Shown: positions 1 to 12,300 of the stretch, one piece after another
Layout: every line of letters starts with the position of its first letter
How positions within the stretch are numbered: the first letter of the stretch is position 1
From: Choristocarpus tenellus KU-1152
Lineage: Eukaryota > Protista > Phaeophyceae
Reading direction: 5' to 3'
Length of the DNA: 33,495 nt
NCBI GenBank assembly: GCA_964200185.2
Contig: CAXNAD020000061.1
Span: 1-33,495, forward strand
Made by a program: the position numbers and the translations under genes
The notes under the pieces: generated by a model
Databases searched by the model: none
The model's input: the letters and a program-made list of their open reading frames with translations, nothing else
Told to the model about the DNA's origin: nothing

Positions 1-1
1 G

Positions 2-321
2 GGGGAGGGAGAGGGGGTGGAAGGGTTTGATGCAACCATGGAGAACATTGAAGGGGATGAGGATGATGAGGAGGTTGATGAGGAGGATGAAGAAGATGAG
101 TCGGAGGAGGAGGAGGAGGATAAGGAGAATCACTTTCCATGGTCGATGTGGGATGCTGCAGAGTTAGCCAAGGAAGTGAAAAGAAACAGGGCGTTGGGTG
201 TTAAGGGGGATGGTGGGGGGCCAGGGGGTGTGAGGCGGCTCCTTCCTGGGCGAGTAACAACGCTGGTGAAGTCTCTTCTACAGGTAGCTGAGGAGTGGGG
301 AGATGATGTCTCACGATTAAG
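2..321 (+). CDS. DCL: DCL exon (5'-truncated by window): acidic tract, then end of helicase insertion region (LLPGRVTTLVKSL)
   Basis: Open frame with poly-E/D. Donor AG|GTACGT at 322, phase 2, which matches the next exon. Confidence 0.8.
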
Positions 322-3300
322 GTACGTGTGCTTGTGTGTGTGTTTGTGCGTGTGTAACTTGAGAAACTTTGTGGTTGGATCACTGTTGGCGTACTCGAAA
401 ACCAAATATTCATCCCTAGTATTTGGAGAGTCTACTGCTGAGTGTTTTGCTTGATAGTTTTAACAGTTTGCTCAATAATACCTTTTGTGACCAGGTTGTG
501 ATTTTTTTGAAATCTGGTTGTGATTTTTACTACATTTTCCAATTTTTCTTCTACTCGTTATTCCACAGGTGCATGGTATTTGTGGAGAGGAGGGCCACAG
601 CCAGGATTCTGTGCGACTATCTCAACCACTGCATGGGGGAGAGGCTACGTTGTGGGTGGGTGTTGTTTTAAAAATTCAGTTATATTTATGGTGTGGCATG
701 TGGGTAGAGGTGTGTTGAGTACCTATATATTGGTAACATGTGTGGGAAGGTGCTGGAATACATGAGGTAATGGCACCACAGCACTATGGAAGGGAGAGTG
801 GGTTTAGTGCCTGCAGTACAACTTTATTGTTTAAGTTTTGCATTGTGCTTGTGCGTCTATCATACATCTCTGTGTGCCTGGCCCCTCCTTGTTTTTGTCT
901 TGTAGGTTGGTCTTGTTGCCACAGCCAAGTCATTCCTTGTTTTGTATGTGTAGGGTCCCTGAGAATGTATACAGTTGATGTTAGGGGACTTCCTCTCCCA
1001 AGCTCTACAAATGTACTTAGATACCACTACTAATCCTCTGGTACCTCTTGAGTGTGTTGGTTTCCTTTCCAATGCTCTATACCTCCAAAACCTAGTCATT
1101 GACGAGAGTTTGTTGTAAACCATGCCTAGTCTGCAGACCCTTCAGCAACAAGAGAAGTTAATACAAGCTCATTCCTTATGAAATTACTTGTCATTAGAAG
1201 ATACACCTTACATGGTGAACCAGTGTGTTTTATATCTTCGCCTGTCATATTCTTCCCTCAGACGATCACATTTTCCCTTCTTTTTTTTCTCTTTGACCTA
1301 TCCTCTTTCTACCCTCCTGCAGGTTTGTGGTGGGGAGGGCCAAGTCCAAAGGTGGGGGTGGGACCCATGGTACAGGCCTCTCTATCTTTGGAAGAGACCG
1401 TGGGGAAGCAAGTAAGGCCATCTCAGAGGAGCTGATGGATGTGCTTGAACAAGATAGCGAGGACGATGTGAACCAGTTTGATGAGGATGATGCTATGAGT
1501 GTGGAAGTTGAGGGAGATGAAGCTGATGAAAGTAGCACCAGCAACAGCTGTGTTGATGACAGCAGTGACTTGGGAGGCGGTGGAACTGCCAAGGCTTGTG
1601 GGACTGCTGAGGGTGATGCAACTGTTGAGTGTAGGGGGACTGCGGAGGTTTGTGAGACTGCTGGGGGCAGCGGTAGTGAAGAGGGTAGTGAGACTGCTAT
1701 GGATGGTGGAACCACCAAGGTTAGTGGCACTCCTGGGGTTACGAGAACTGATGAGAGTGGTGAGACTGCTGAGGGAAGTGGGACTACAGTGGATGGTGGG
1801 ACCACCAAGGTCAGTGGGACTACCAAGGGTAGTAAGACTGTTAAGGAAGGTGGGACCACAAATGTAAATGGGACTGCTGAAGGTGGTGAAACAGCTGAGG
1901 GTAGTGGAATTGATAAGAGCAGCAAGCCCAAGGAAATGGAAACTGAGAAGGAATCAGAGTCTGGTACCATGGAAGGGACTGCAGATGCCAAAGCTGGGAT
2001 GGAGACCGGTGAAGCTGCTGGTGGGACTGGTGCAGAGGGTGGGGTTGCCTCCGGGATTAAAATATCGACGGCTGATCTGGAACGACTGGAAGCAGAGCTG
2101 GATGTGGTAGAAATAGTCAAGAAGGACCCAGAGGATGGGATTGCATTTGGAGGCGCCAAGAGGGCCAGCAAGGGTGTGGGGAGGACCATCAACATGTTTC
2201 GCCAAGGGGAGCTGCAGGTGGGTAACGACTTTCTTAGGGTTAGTGGTGCATAAGAGAGGGGGAATGAATACGCAGGTTGGTTGGTTTGGTCCTCTTGCTG
2301 TGGTGGTTGGGTTGTGTTAGGGAGGGATTTTATTTGGTTAGGTGGTTTTGGCTGCTGGGAAAGCTGAGAGTTTGAAATTCTCTTGAGTAGCTTTTGGGTC
2401 CGAAAACATACGTTTTGAGTTGTTGGGTACACCTTTTTGGGTAAGGGAACTTGTGTAGTACTGAAATGTCGGAATTTTCTAGTAATTTTTTTGTTTTGTT
2501 ATGTTTTTGTGTGATCAAAATTGTTGAAAATTATTGGTAGGTGCTGGTGACTACTGATGCCTGTTCTGAGGGCATTGATGTGCCTGAGTGTAACCTTGTG
2601 ATCTCTATGGATAAGATCAAGTCCAGTCGGAATCTCATTCACACTAGAGGGAGAGCCAGGAGCAGGGGCGGCAGATTTATCATCATGGTAGAGGTGCGAT
2701 TTATTTGAAGAGTGTGATGAGGTGGAATGAATCAATTGTATTGTTGCTGAACTTTTGTAAAATGTTACTTGAGTAGCTAGTAAGAAGCTAAATAGTCAAA
2801 GTTAAAGCAATTGGCAAATATGATCAATTATCACATGGGTGTGATTATCTCTACCATATCAAGTGACTCGATAAGCAAGCTTGAAAAAATGCAGTGCATC
2901 TTTGCTTGTGAGCAGTATTTGTTCTACTGTGTAATACCATCTAATGCAATCTTGGTAAAAAATGGACATCTTACTGAGAACAAAAAACTGCGGAGAGCAC
3001 CTAGCTTGTGTTTGTGTTGTAGTGATCAGGAAATGTTAGGGGTGGGGTTAGGGTTCTGAAAATGCCTGTTGACAATCACTGCATTTGAAGATCCTTGTTT
3101 ATCCTAAGTCAATCTCTTTTTAAGGACATTTTTCCTGTTACCGAGTGAACTATTACCTGATATTTCTATTTTTTTCATGTTAAAGCTAGTGACAGAGTTA
3201 CACTCTATGTGTTCTTCTATCTCCTAAGAAGATTCGCCTCGCAGTTTGTTAGAAAATTCCTAAACTCGTGAGTCCACTTCTGTGGGAACATTGTATATAT

Positions 3301-6300
3301 GATTTTTTCCCCACTCTCTTGGTTACATTTTTGAAAGTGGAAAAAAGAGTGTTGTCGGATGCTTTGATGAGGTATGTTGCCTTACTGCATTCAGAGCTCT
3401 TGCAACTATATTGATACCGGTATATTTTGTGTATGGCAATACTACAGATGTTCTGCGGGGGGAGATAAGGGGCTTAAAGAACATACAGCAGAATCAGAGT
3501 TGCTTCCAAAAGATGCCTTACCATCCAAGTGGTGTTGTGAATAAATCGCGCTATGATTTTACTATGTTGTGATCAACTGCAACCGAGAATCGAAGAGAAA
3601 ATTTCGATTCTTTTTATTCTTTTGTGTTTTTGAGCACGATTCGATTCCAATTGAGCACGTAACACTTTTTTTTCGAGTCAGTTTAACTTGTACTCACAAG
3701 CATTGTTTGACTTGCAATATTGCGTGCAAAGTTGGCTGGCTCTATTGCCTATGTTTGTAGTCTTCGTGCAACGTGTGATGCCTCTGCAGCTTGCGTTATC
3801 CTTGTTTTTTTTCTTCTCTTCCCTTGTGTGTTCTTGGCATTTTCCTTCTCTTCCCATGGATGAAATGAGGTTGCTTGCGCACGTTTGCTTTCCGTTGAAT
3901 ATTCTTTTGTACCTGGCTGTCGGAGGCACGGGGTGAGATGCAACACGGCACAGCTGAGTCTGTGCTTGGTGGTAAAAGTGGTCACATTTTGTGATGTTTT
4001 TTTTTTCCCATGTTGTTGAATGTATGTATGTAATGGGTCAGGGTGTCTGCACTGAAATGTTGGTGTTCCACTTTTGTCTGTGACGTTTTTTTGTTGACAG
4101 AAGTTGGGATTATTTTCGCAAACCGGAGGAATAATTTTGTAATCTTCTATCTCATGTAAAGTGTCCAAGACCCTCTGGGCTTTTAAGTCTTCCTTGATTT
4201 AGGAACGGTAAATCAAGAGAGTTTTTGACATCATGTGGTGAAGGGTAATGATGTGCTCCCGACTTCAATCATATATCCGATTTCTTCAGGCACACTAATG
4301 ACAAAGTATGAAGGTTGAACACCAGAGGTGATATCTGCAGACACCCATACTAGTTAGGTATTTTGTGTATGTTTGCTGTATAGGTGGTCGAGAGTATGTC
4401 CATTTCATATTTCTTTTGTTCTTTGTGTGCATTTTTTTATGTTTGTGGTTTGGATGTTGTGGATTGAATGCTCATTACATTTTTCCATCTCTTTTTCTCC
4501 AAGTTGAATAAATACAGTTTTTTGTTTATTGTGGTCGTTCTTCTATGATTCAATCGATCTCCAAACAGCGGACATTGAAAATGTTTTTTTTTTTTTTTTG
4601 GGGGAAAAATTGGAAGAGCCCACGTCTTGAACCCCGTCCCCCCCGAAANNNNNNNNNNTTTTTTTTTTGTTGGGTTTTTATGTTTTTTTTTTTATTGTCG
4701 TTTTTTTTTTATGTTTCTTTCGATCTCCAAACAGCGGACATTGAAAATGTTTTTTTTTTTTGTCTGGGGAATGTCCACAGCTCACCTCGGTTGAATTTTT
4801 TTCTCAGTTGTTGGTTTTACTTGGTTCGTGGTTGGCGTGTGTGTTTCGAATCTGGTCGAGTGCATCTTTCGAAATGTTTGGAGTTGGTTCAGTTTATGTT
4901 CGCTGAAGCTATTGGTTCACACATTGCATTTTTGTTATTTGTCAAGGCTGGCGATTTGGAGGAGGAAGAGCGTGTCCACATCATGCTTCAACAGTCGGAG
5001 GAGATCAAGCGGAACCAGCTGCAGGCAGAAAAGGCCAGCAAGTCAGTACAGTGCTTAATTAAAATGAGTAGTTGTATGCAGTTCATATGCATTTTTTTTT
5101 GTCATGTACCTTTTTTTTTTGTTAGTTTTCAAGTGCAGTCATCTTAGGTAGAGCTGTGATATATAGGTCACAAGTTTTTTTAATGTGGCATAACTTGTGC
5201 GTTTGATCATTCCTGAGAGACTTTCCGTGCACCCTGATCCCAACTATGCCGACTCAAAGCTTTAAAAGTGCAGTAAACTTAGGTGTGCTTACCAATACTC
5301 TTCCTCTTAAATTGGTTGCAAGTTCAGTTCAGGTTGTCTGTGTTGAATAATGTAGTGTTCCATCATATTTAAGATCATGGTGGTTTCATGTGTTTTTGCA
5401 TATTTTCATCATTCTTTTCCCCCTACTTGTCTTTTCTTTTTTTTTGCACCCCTTGCCCTCGCCCTCCCCACCTTGTCTTTGCACTCATGTTCTCCAATGT
5501 TTCAAATGAACTGCTGCAGGCGTATTCCATTCCGACAAATGTACCCTACTATGGTGCATGAAGTTGATGGCACTGGTGCCATCGTGGACATGGATATGGC
5601 GATCCCTCTGCTGCACGAGACCCTCTACTCCCTTGGCTGTGACTTTTTGCCCCTCTTTCGAATCATGGCTGACGGTGCGTACTGCTCAGATTGAGTCCAT
5701 TTCCTATTTTGTCCCCAACCCTAACCTTATCCCACACTCTCTTGTTTCTCTGTGCTCTGCTCGATTGTGGCTGACTGACTGGGTTCAAGTGTTCCCCGGT
5801 TTGGCTTTGAAGTAGTTACATTTGAATACATTTGAAGTAGTTACATTGCATAGTTGGTTCGTGGCACGAGGAGTTATTGATTGCCCGCTACTCTTGCATG
5901 TTGCCTGTTGTGACTATCGGTGTTAGGAGCAAAGCTCTATGACTACTGTAAATTCCCTTTCTTGACTAAGGGGCACATCTAACTAGCAGTATCAGAGATA
6001 CACCCCTTGTTCTTGGTGATTTGGGTTGCAGTTGCACAATGGTAGTGACTGCATTGTACAGGAGCACCGATGTTCTCGGTGTTCACAATATACAGTGCAG
6101 TACTCCTCAAGGTTCATAGTGTAATGATCACTATTGGCGTTGGATATTGATGGGCAATTGCTATGTGGTGGTACTGATCATGGCAGGGTGTCCTTTTTTG
6201 CTCCAGAGTGCAATGTGGTATGTATGAGGTATTCCCCTAATAGTCGCTAAGTATACACATAGAACTTGTCGATGGAGGACTCACTGTACAAGAATGGTGG

Positions 6301-9300
6301 TCTGGACATCATCTGCTTAGCATAGTAGTACCTTGACATTGGATCATTCTGATGGCATCAATGCATTATGGAGTGTGCATTTGAGAGTGCAGGAATGGTA
6401 GAGATGTGGAAATCGTTGCTGTTGATGGTGACCTTTGGGTAGGACATGGTATACGCAAATGATAATATTTCGTTTTTCCTGCCGTGTTTCACTTCACCTC
6501 TGTACTGGGGGGTTTCAGATGGGGCGGAAGGCGACGACATGAAACTGACTACTTCATACTCGTGCAGACTGGAACTACCCACCTTCCTGGACTTGCCTAA
6601 TTTCGACACGTGAGCTCTGATGTTTTTTCTTTGGATAACCTTCAGGGATGAACCCTTTTATTTATTGTTTTCTTCTGGGGTACTGGCTGGTAGGTTATTT
6701 AGCTCTTGGGGGGGTATATTGTTCTCTTGGGCGTCGCAAGCATTCTATATTTTGGACTATGTAGGTATACCTTTGTCCAGGGCTTTTCATCAGGTTGAGC
6801 AAATGTGAATGGGCCGGTCATCAGGCTATCCGGTTCCAACATTTATGTTCAGACATGTGTAGACCAGGCCCAACCTGTATTGGAACCTGTCCAGTCCACA
6901 GGCCTCTAGGTTCTAATTCTTTCTGGCATGTCCAGTTAGATATGTAACAGGACCAGCTTGTGGGCCAGCCCATGACTTCATTAAACATACATGGTATGAA
7001 GCCGACCCAGTCCAACCCCAACAAATCTTACTGTATTGAACAGAAAGAGGGTGGTTTAAGGGATATTTGCCAGGGCCTTTCACCAGACCGGAAAATTAGA
7101 ACGGTCCATGTCCACTAGGTGTTAAAGTGGTCCATGCCTACTGGCTGGACTGGATCAAACATTCCCTAACATGTCTGGACCATGTCCATTGGGTATTGTA
7201 CTGGTCTATGTCTGCCAGCTGGACCAGGTCTAGTATTTTCTAACATGTCCGGAACATATCCACTGAGTAATTTTACCAGTCTGTGTCTGCTGACCAGCCA
7301 GTCTAATCTTTTCCTTGCATGTGTGCAGAATGACCACCGGCTGTCTAACTTTTTTCTGGCATGTCTGGACCGTATCCATTGGTTATTGTACTAGTCCATG
7401 ATGAAAAATGTGTACATGTCAAAATTTGAGTTATACTGCAGTATGTGTATATAGATAATACTCTTTTAAACCTTCTCTAGACTTTCTTGGTTTGAAATCG
7501 TGAGCAATATTTACCTACATGCAGTGAGAAAGTGAGGAGGGGCATATATGCGTGGATATTAAAAAAAATGTATTTTCTTTTTATACATTTGATCCTTGAC
7601 AAATTAGTGTCAAAATAAATTTGAAGTCACAAATCACCTCAACTACCCAACCACGAAACACACAGCAACAGATGTGTATTCCATTTTGAGATTTAATAAT
7701 ATCAAAAATAGAAAAAAAAAAATTAACATATGTATATATATATATTATCTTGTATTTGTACTTATTGTAGTAGTAGTTTAGAATGCAAGATGCAAGTAGA
7801 TTGAATGATAAATGGGGAGGCATGGCCATGATATGGTTGATCCAAGTGTCAAAAAGATAATTCCTGATTGACCATTGATAAAATGTTCTAATATGGCCAA
7901 GTCCATGCCTGTCACTACTCGACATAACCGGATCCACTAGCCAGTCATGTACAGGCTCAAAGTATCTGGATTGGGGTGGTGGCTATCCATTTGGGGCAAA
8001 TTTTTCCATGTTACGATTTTTGTGTGATTTGGTTGCATGTGTTGGATGGATAATACGAGTGCACTTTTCCTGGTCAGAGCCCAAATGGACACCCTGGTGT
8101 AGACCCCCCCCCCAGATACTTTGAGCCACAACCGAGTTGGGACATGACCAAGTCCATGGCCATCAACTGTTTCAATATGGCTGAGCCACGAGCCGGCTTG
8201 CGACCGTATGGTCGACAGTGGACATCCTAACTGCCTGGCCTGGTGAAAAGTCCTGATATTTACAAGACAGGTTTAACCTCGTGTATTTGGGATAGTTTGA
8301 AGGACTCTTTATCGTTGCGATCAGGGCGAAGGAGATGGCTGCGGACCGGGTTGTGGCCTGGACATGTTGAAATAGTTGACACTCATGGAGCAGTCCTGTT
8401 GGACTGTACTTGTACCGGGCTGGCTTGTGGCCCGACCATGTTGAAAAGGCTGACGGCCATGGACCGGCCCTGTTAGAATTAATTGGTTTCAGACCAGCCT
8501 GTGGCCTAGTCACATTGAAACAGTTGATGGCCATGGCTCGATTGAACTACCTCGTAGTATGTCTCAAGACATTCGACTCACTTGATGTGTAAAATTTGTT
8601 GTTATCTCCTGTGTGTGCTGGCTTCGTACCAGCTACATTTAATATGGATGCAGGCAGACCTGTGGCCCAGTCCGGTTGCAACCTCTAAGGCCTTGTCTTG
8701 ATGGGGTTTTGTTTTGTGAGTTGTGGGTGTGAGGTAGGACTAATGAGAAGTCACAAGGTAAAATGTTAAACGGCCAGTGAAGCAGTTATCGACTGTTTGC
8801 TCCTGTACCGATTTCAGTGAACGACTCCAATAGAAAGAACAAATGTTACGTTTTTTCTTCTGATTTATGAAGAGTACTTCCTCGTGTCGACTATTCACAA
8901 AACAATACCCTGTTAAGACATATGACCTAATGGCCCTGGTTTGGTCATAAAAAAAACACCTGTCCAACCCGCAAAAAAGACAGGTTTCGAGAGATAAGAG
9001 GACCCAGTTCAGAAGTGTAGGAAAACATTGGAACCTGCCCTGCCTACAGGCTGGATAGGTTCCATTCATTGGTGGACCTGATCTAAACATATCAAGAAGT
9101 TTTGGGAACTTTTTCGGCCCATATAATGGTCCCATTGCATGTGCCCTGATGAAAAAACGCTGGTAGTTTTGGCTTGATCCATCTTGACCGGACTGGTCTC
9201 GTTAAAATGCTTTTTTTATAGCTCTCAGCTGTTTCAACATGACTGGGTCATGAGCTAGCCTGCAGCCATGGTCAGGATCTGGACCTGGACCCCGGCCATG

Positions 9301-12300
9301 CTAACTGCATGGACTCATGAAAAGTCCTTTTTTCTCAAGGATGTTTTGTTTTAACTTTTTTGTGCCTTCTTAACCTAAGGATGTTCACCTTTCTAAAAGA
9401 CCACTGTTGGGGCAGTAGCTCTTTGATTATTCCTTGAGGACGAATGGTGTTCTGGGGTTAGGGGGTCAATGTGCCTTTCTTCCTTACAGATACCCTTTGT
9501 GCCTTGTGATGCAAGTATTGCATATTGTGATCAGGTGCATCTTATATCTTGCATAGCTCATACTGTGAAAGGCGGTGTGGGTATACCTTTAATATGCATC
9601 TCTTCCTGTATTGTCCTGATACATATGTGCCATGATTATTGAGCACAGACTGGTACTGGGAGTGGAATGTATGTCGGTTCTGCTTGTGTATTGAGAAGGA
9701 GGGGAGGATAAGGCAAGTAATTTTGATAATTGAAGGCTATAGGTTGAGAGTGGAATCAGAACATACATAGATATATTTATACTACTGTGCACAAAATACT
9801 GTTGTGGGTTGCGCAGGATGAGGTCTGAATGCTATCTCTAATAAAGCTCGTCAGAAGTACTTCTTTACCTGAGAGTGTCAACCAGCTGATGAGATGATCT
9901 TGTCTACCTCACTTGCCCAACATGTTTGTCAAACTCTATTTCCACACTTGCCAACGTATGAGCCAGAAAAGTTCCACATTTCTGACCCCCCCACATCCAA
10001 ACCCTTTTCAGTGGACTTTCACGGCTTAATCCATTACCATGTCATTGTCAGTTATGTACAGACCTGCCAAGACTCAACCCCAGCCGCAACTCGCATCATG
10101 TATGGACTTACTCCCCCTCCCCTCCTCTCTACCTCCCTACGATAAAGTAATAAAAATGTTCTTGCTATCCACTTTTTCCATAATTTGTTTGTACCTTTTT
10201 CTTATTTAGTGCATCTGCACTATTTTACAAACTTTATTTTATTTCATACTTTTGTTACAAAAAACGTATTTATAAATGTATCCATGTTTTGTGTGTGTAC
10301 TTTCGCATCTTTATATATATATATATATTTTTTTTTTTTGGGGGGGTGGAATATGTTACGGTATCAACAAAATAAAACAGGAGAATCCAATCTGTAAAGT
10401 TCAAGAACAAGACGATGGCCAGATGCGGGGTGGCCTTCCTTGCCGTGAAGGAGCTCCTGAAGAGGAAATTCATTGACAAACACCTCAACCCACACCGAAC
10501 TAAGGAACGGCTTGAGGTGAGACTGTCAATGCATCGCATTCCTGTGACCCCGCTCTCCAACCCATTCCTAGTTGTGGCCCATTCTTCTTTTTCATTTTTT
10601 TTATTATTAGTCATACAGTAGATGTGAAGTGTCCTCTTGTGCTGTCTGATTTTTTTGTTGCAAGATTTCTTGCATTTTTTTTTTGCTGAGTTATTTCAGT
10701 GTAAATTTGCAATTGATGTTGGTTCAAATGCTGGGTTTCCAAGTGAGAGTGACACCAGATACATACATAGATGTGATGGGTGCTGTCTTGAGAATTGTAC
10801 AGTGTTCATTAGTTGCTGATGGATGAGCTGTGGTAGAACAATCTATGGCTGCCCAGTCAAGGGCAATACCTTCACCAGTGCCTTCTCCCCCAAAGAACTA
10901 CGTTCCCCTCTCTCCCTGGTTATGCCTTCATGTCCTCCCTCCCCCTCACTCACCCATCCCATCTCTCAACATACTATTCCCCCCCTCCCCCCACATACGT
11001 TGCCCATCAGATTCAAACCCGAAAAGGCTATGACCCGGTGGTAAACACTAACCCTCTCCCCAAGAGTAAGGCAAAGTACCGCATGCCTTCCCCCCGCTTG
11101 TTGGCACTGGGACTGCCTCTGATCCCTCCTGTGGACCCTGAGGATGCTAGGCTAGCGGAGTTTGTGGGTCAGCGTATCGCCATAGAGCAAGAGGCAGCGG
11201 CGACTGCGGCAGCTGCAGCAGCTATGGCGAAGTTGGAGGTGGAGGAAAAGTCAGAGGAGGTGGAGCCGGTGCCAATGGAGGTTGCGGGTGAGCCATCTGA
11301 TGAGGTGCAAAAGTGTTTGGGTTTGGTTGAATCTGTGCCCGCTCCAGCTTCAGCCCATGATCTCCTAGCTCTGCCCCCTGCCTCTGATTCAACTGCCATG
11401 ACCACAGAAACTGTCCCTGTGAGAAATGAGGAGAGTGAGTCATCTTCAGTGCTTGGGACAACTCAAGGGCTGACTCCAGATGAAAATCCAAATGACCCAG
11501 ACGAATGGGAACAGAAGGTGAGCTCTGAGGGGTCCAAACGATGGAATTTTGATGAAAATGGGAATCACCCGTGGGGAAGGGCGTTTCCGGGGGGACTGCG
11601 GGGGTCAAATGTGCAGTGTTCGTATGCTAGGGCGATGGGCCCAAAGACAACATTGCATGTACATTGTTTACGGAGTCCTCCTGGGGAGTTGGATGGTGCA
11701 GTGATTGGGAGGTTGAAGGAGGAAGAGGGGGATGTATCTGCTGGAGGTGCAGTTAAGGAAGCATCTGGAGGGACAGTTTCAAAAGCAGCAGTAGAAGAGG
11801 AAAAGACTAGTGGGGTTGGAGAAAAGGGTACAGATGCGTATAATCTTGCTGGGGATGACTATCACACAGACTGGCGAACATTTGATGATGCTAGTAAAGT
11901 GGATCTGGGGAGGGGGGAAGCGGTGGGACTTGGGCCGAGGCTGTTTGTGGGGCTGGCTACAGCGGGACCTTTGAAACTGTCACCCTCGCAGGAGGAGAAG
12001 GTTGGCTTGCTGGATAGTTGGACGGTGGAAGTTAATCCTGCAGAGGCGAGTGTGTTTGGTGGAAGCTTGAGGGGAAGGTATATTTGGTGTGGTGTGAACT
12101 ATTGTGTTGTTTTGAATTGTGATGTGATGTTGTATTGTATCATGTTTAGGTGATGTCATGTTTTGTTTTTTGTGTGTTGTATTTCATGTTATATCGTGGT
12201 GTGATGTGGTGTGGTGTGGTATGGTGTGGTATGTTCTAATGGGTTTTGAGAACAAGATTCAGATGAATTACTCTGATCAACTCTAGATGTCTAAATGTAA

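Noticed and set aside
1266-2432. 388-aa minus-strand Ser/Pro/Val-rich ORF (and similar ORFs at 22954-23565 and 29442-29987)
   Set aside because: These are antisense shadows of the G/A-rich low-complexity Dicer exons. They show no domain motifs or independent gene structure.
3586-3611. Short hairpins (9-bp stems at 3586-3611 and 15051-15075; G:U-rich stem at 20530-20560)
   Set aside because: Too short to separate from chance in 33 kb, and intrinsic terminators are irrelevant in a eukaryotic intron.
4600-4648. B-box-like GGTTCAAGAC on the minus strand next to a poly-A tract (SINE-like)
   Set aside because: It lies in low-quality sequence beside the gap that looks like a degraded read of 4762 onward.
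4545-5147. 200-aa ORF spanning the N gap
   Set aside because: It is mostly poly-T intron and probable artefact. Only 4947-5041 is a credible exon.
5806-5847. Small local duplications and simple repeats (17-bp at 5806/5831, 11-bp at about 17846, GTGGT at about 12200, GTATT at about 21050)
   Set aside because: Ordinary replication-slippage products in introns.
8140-8540. CRISPR-like periodicity of ~75-bp units
   Set aside because: The units are degenerate along their whole length, occur in both orientations, sit in a spliceosomal intron and have no cas genes nearby.
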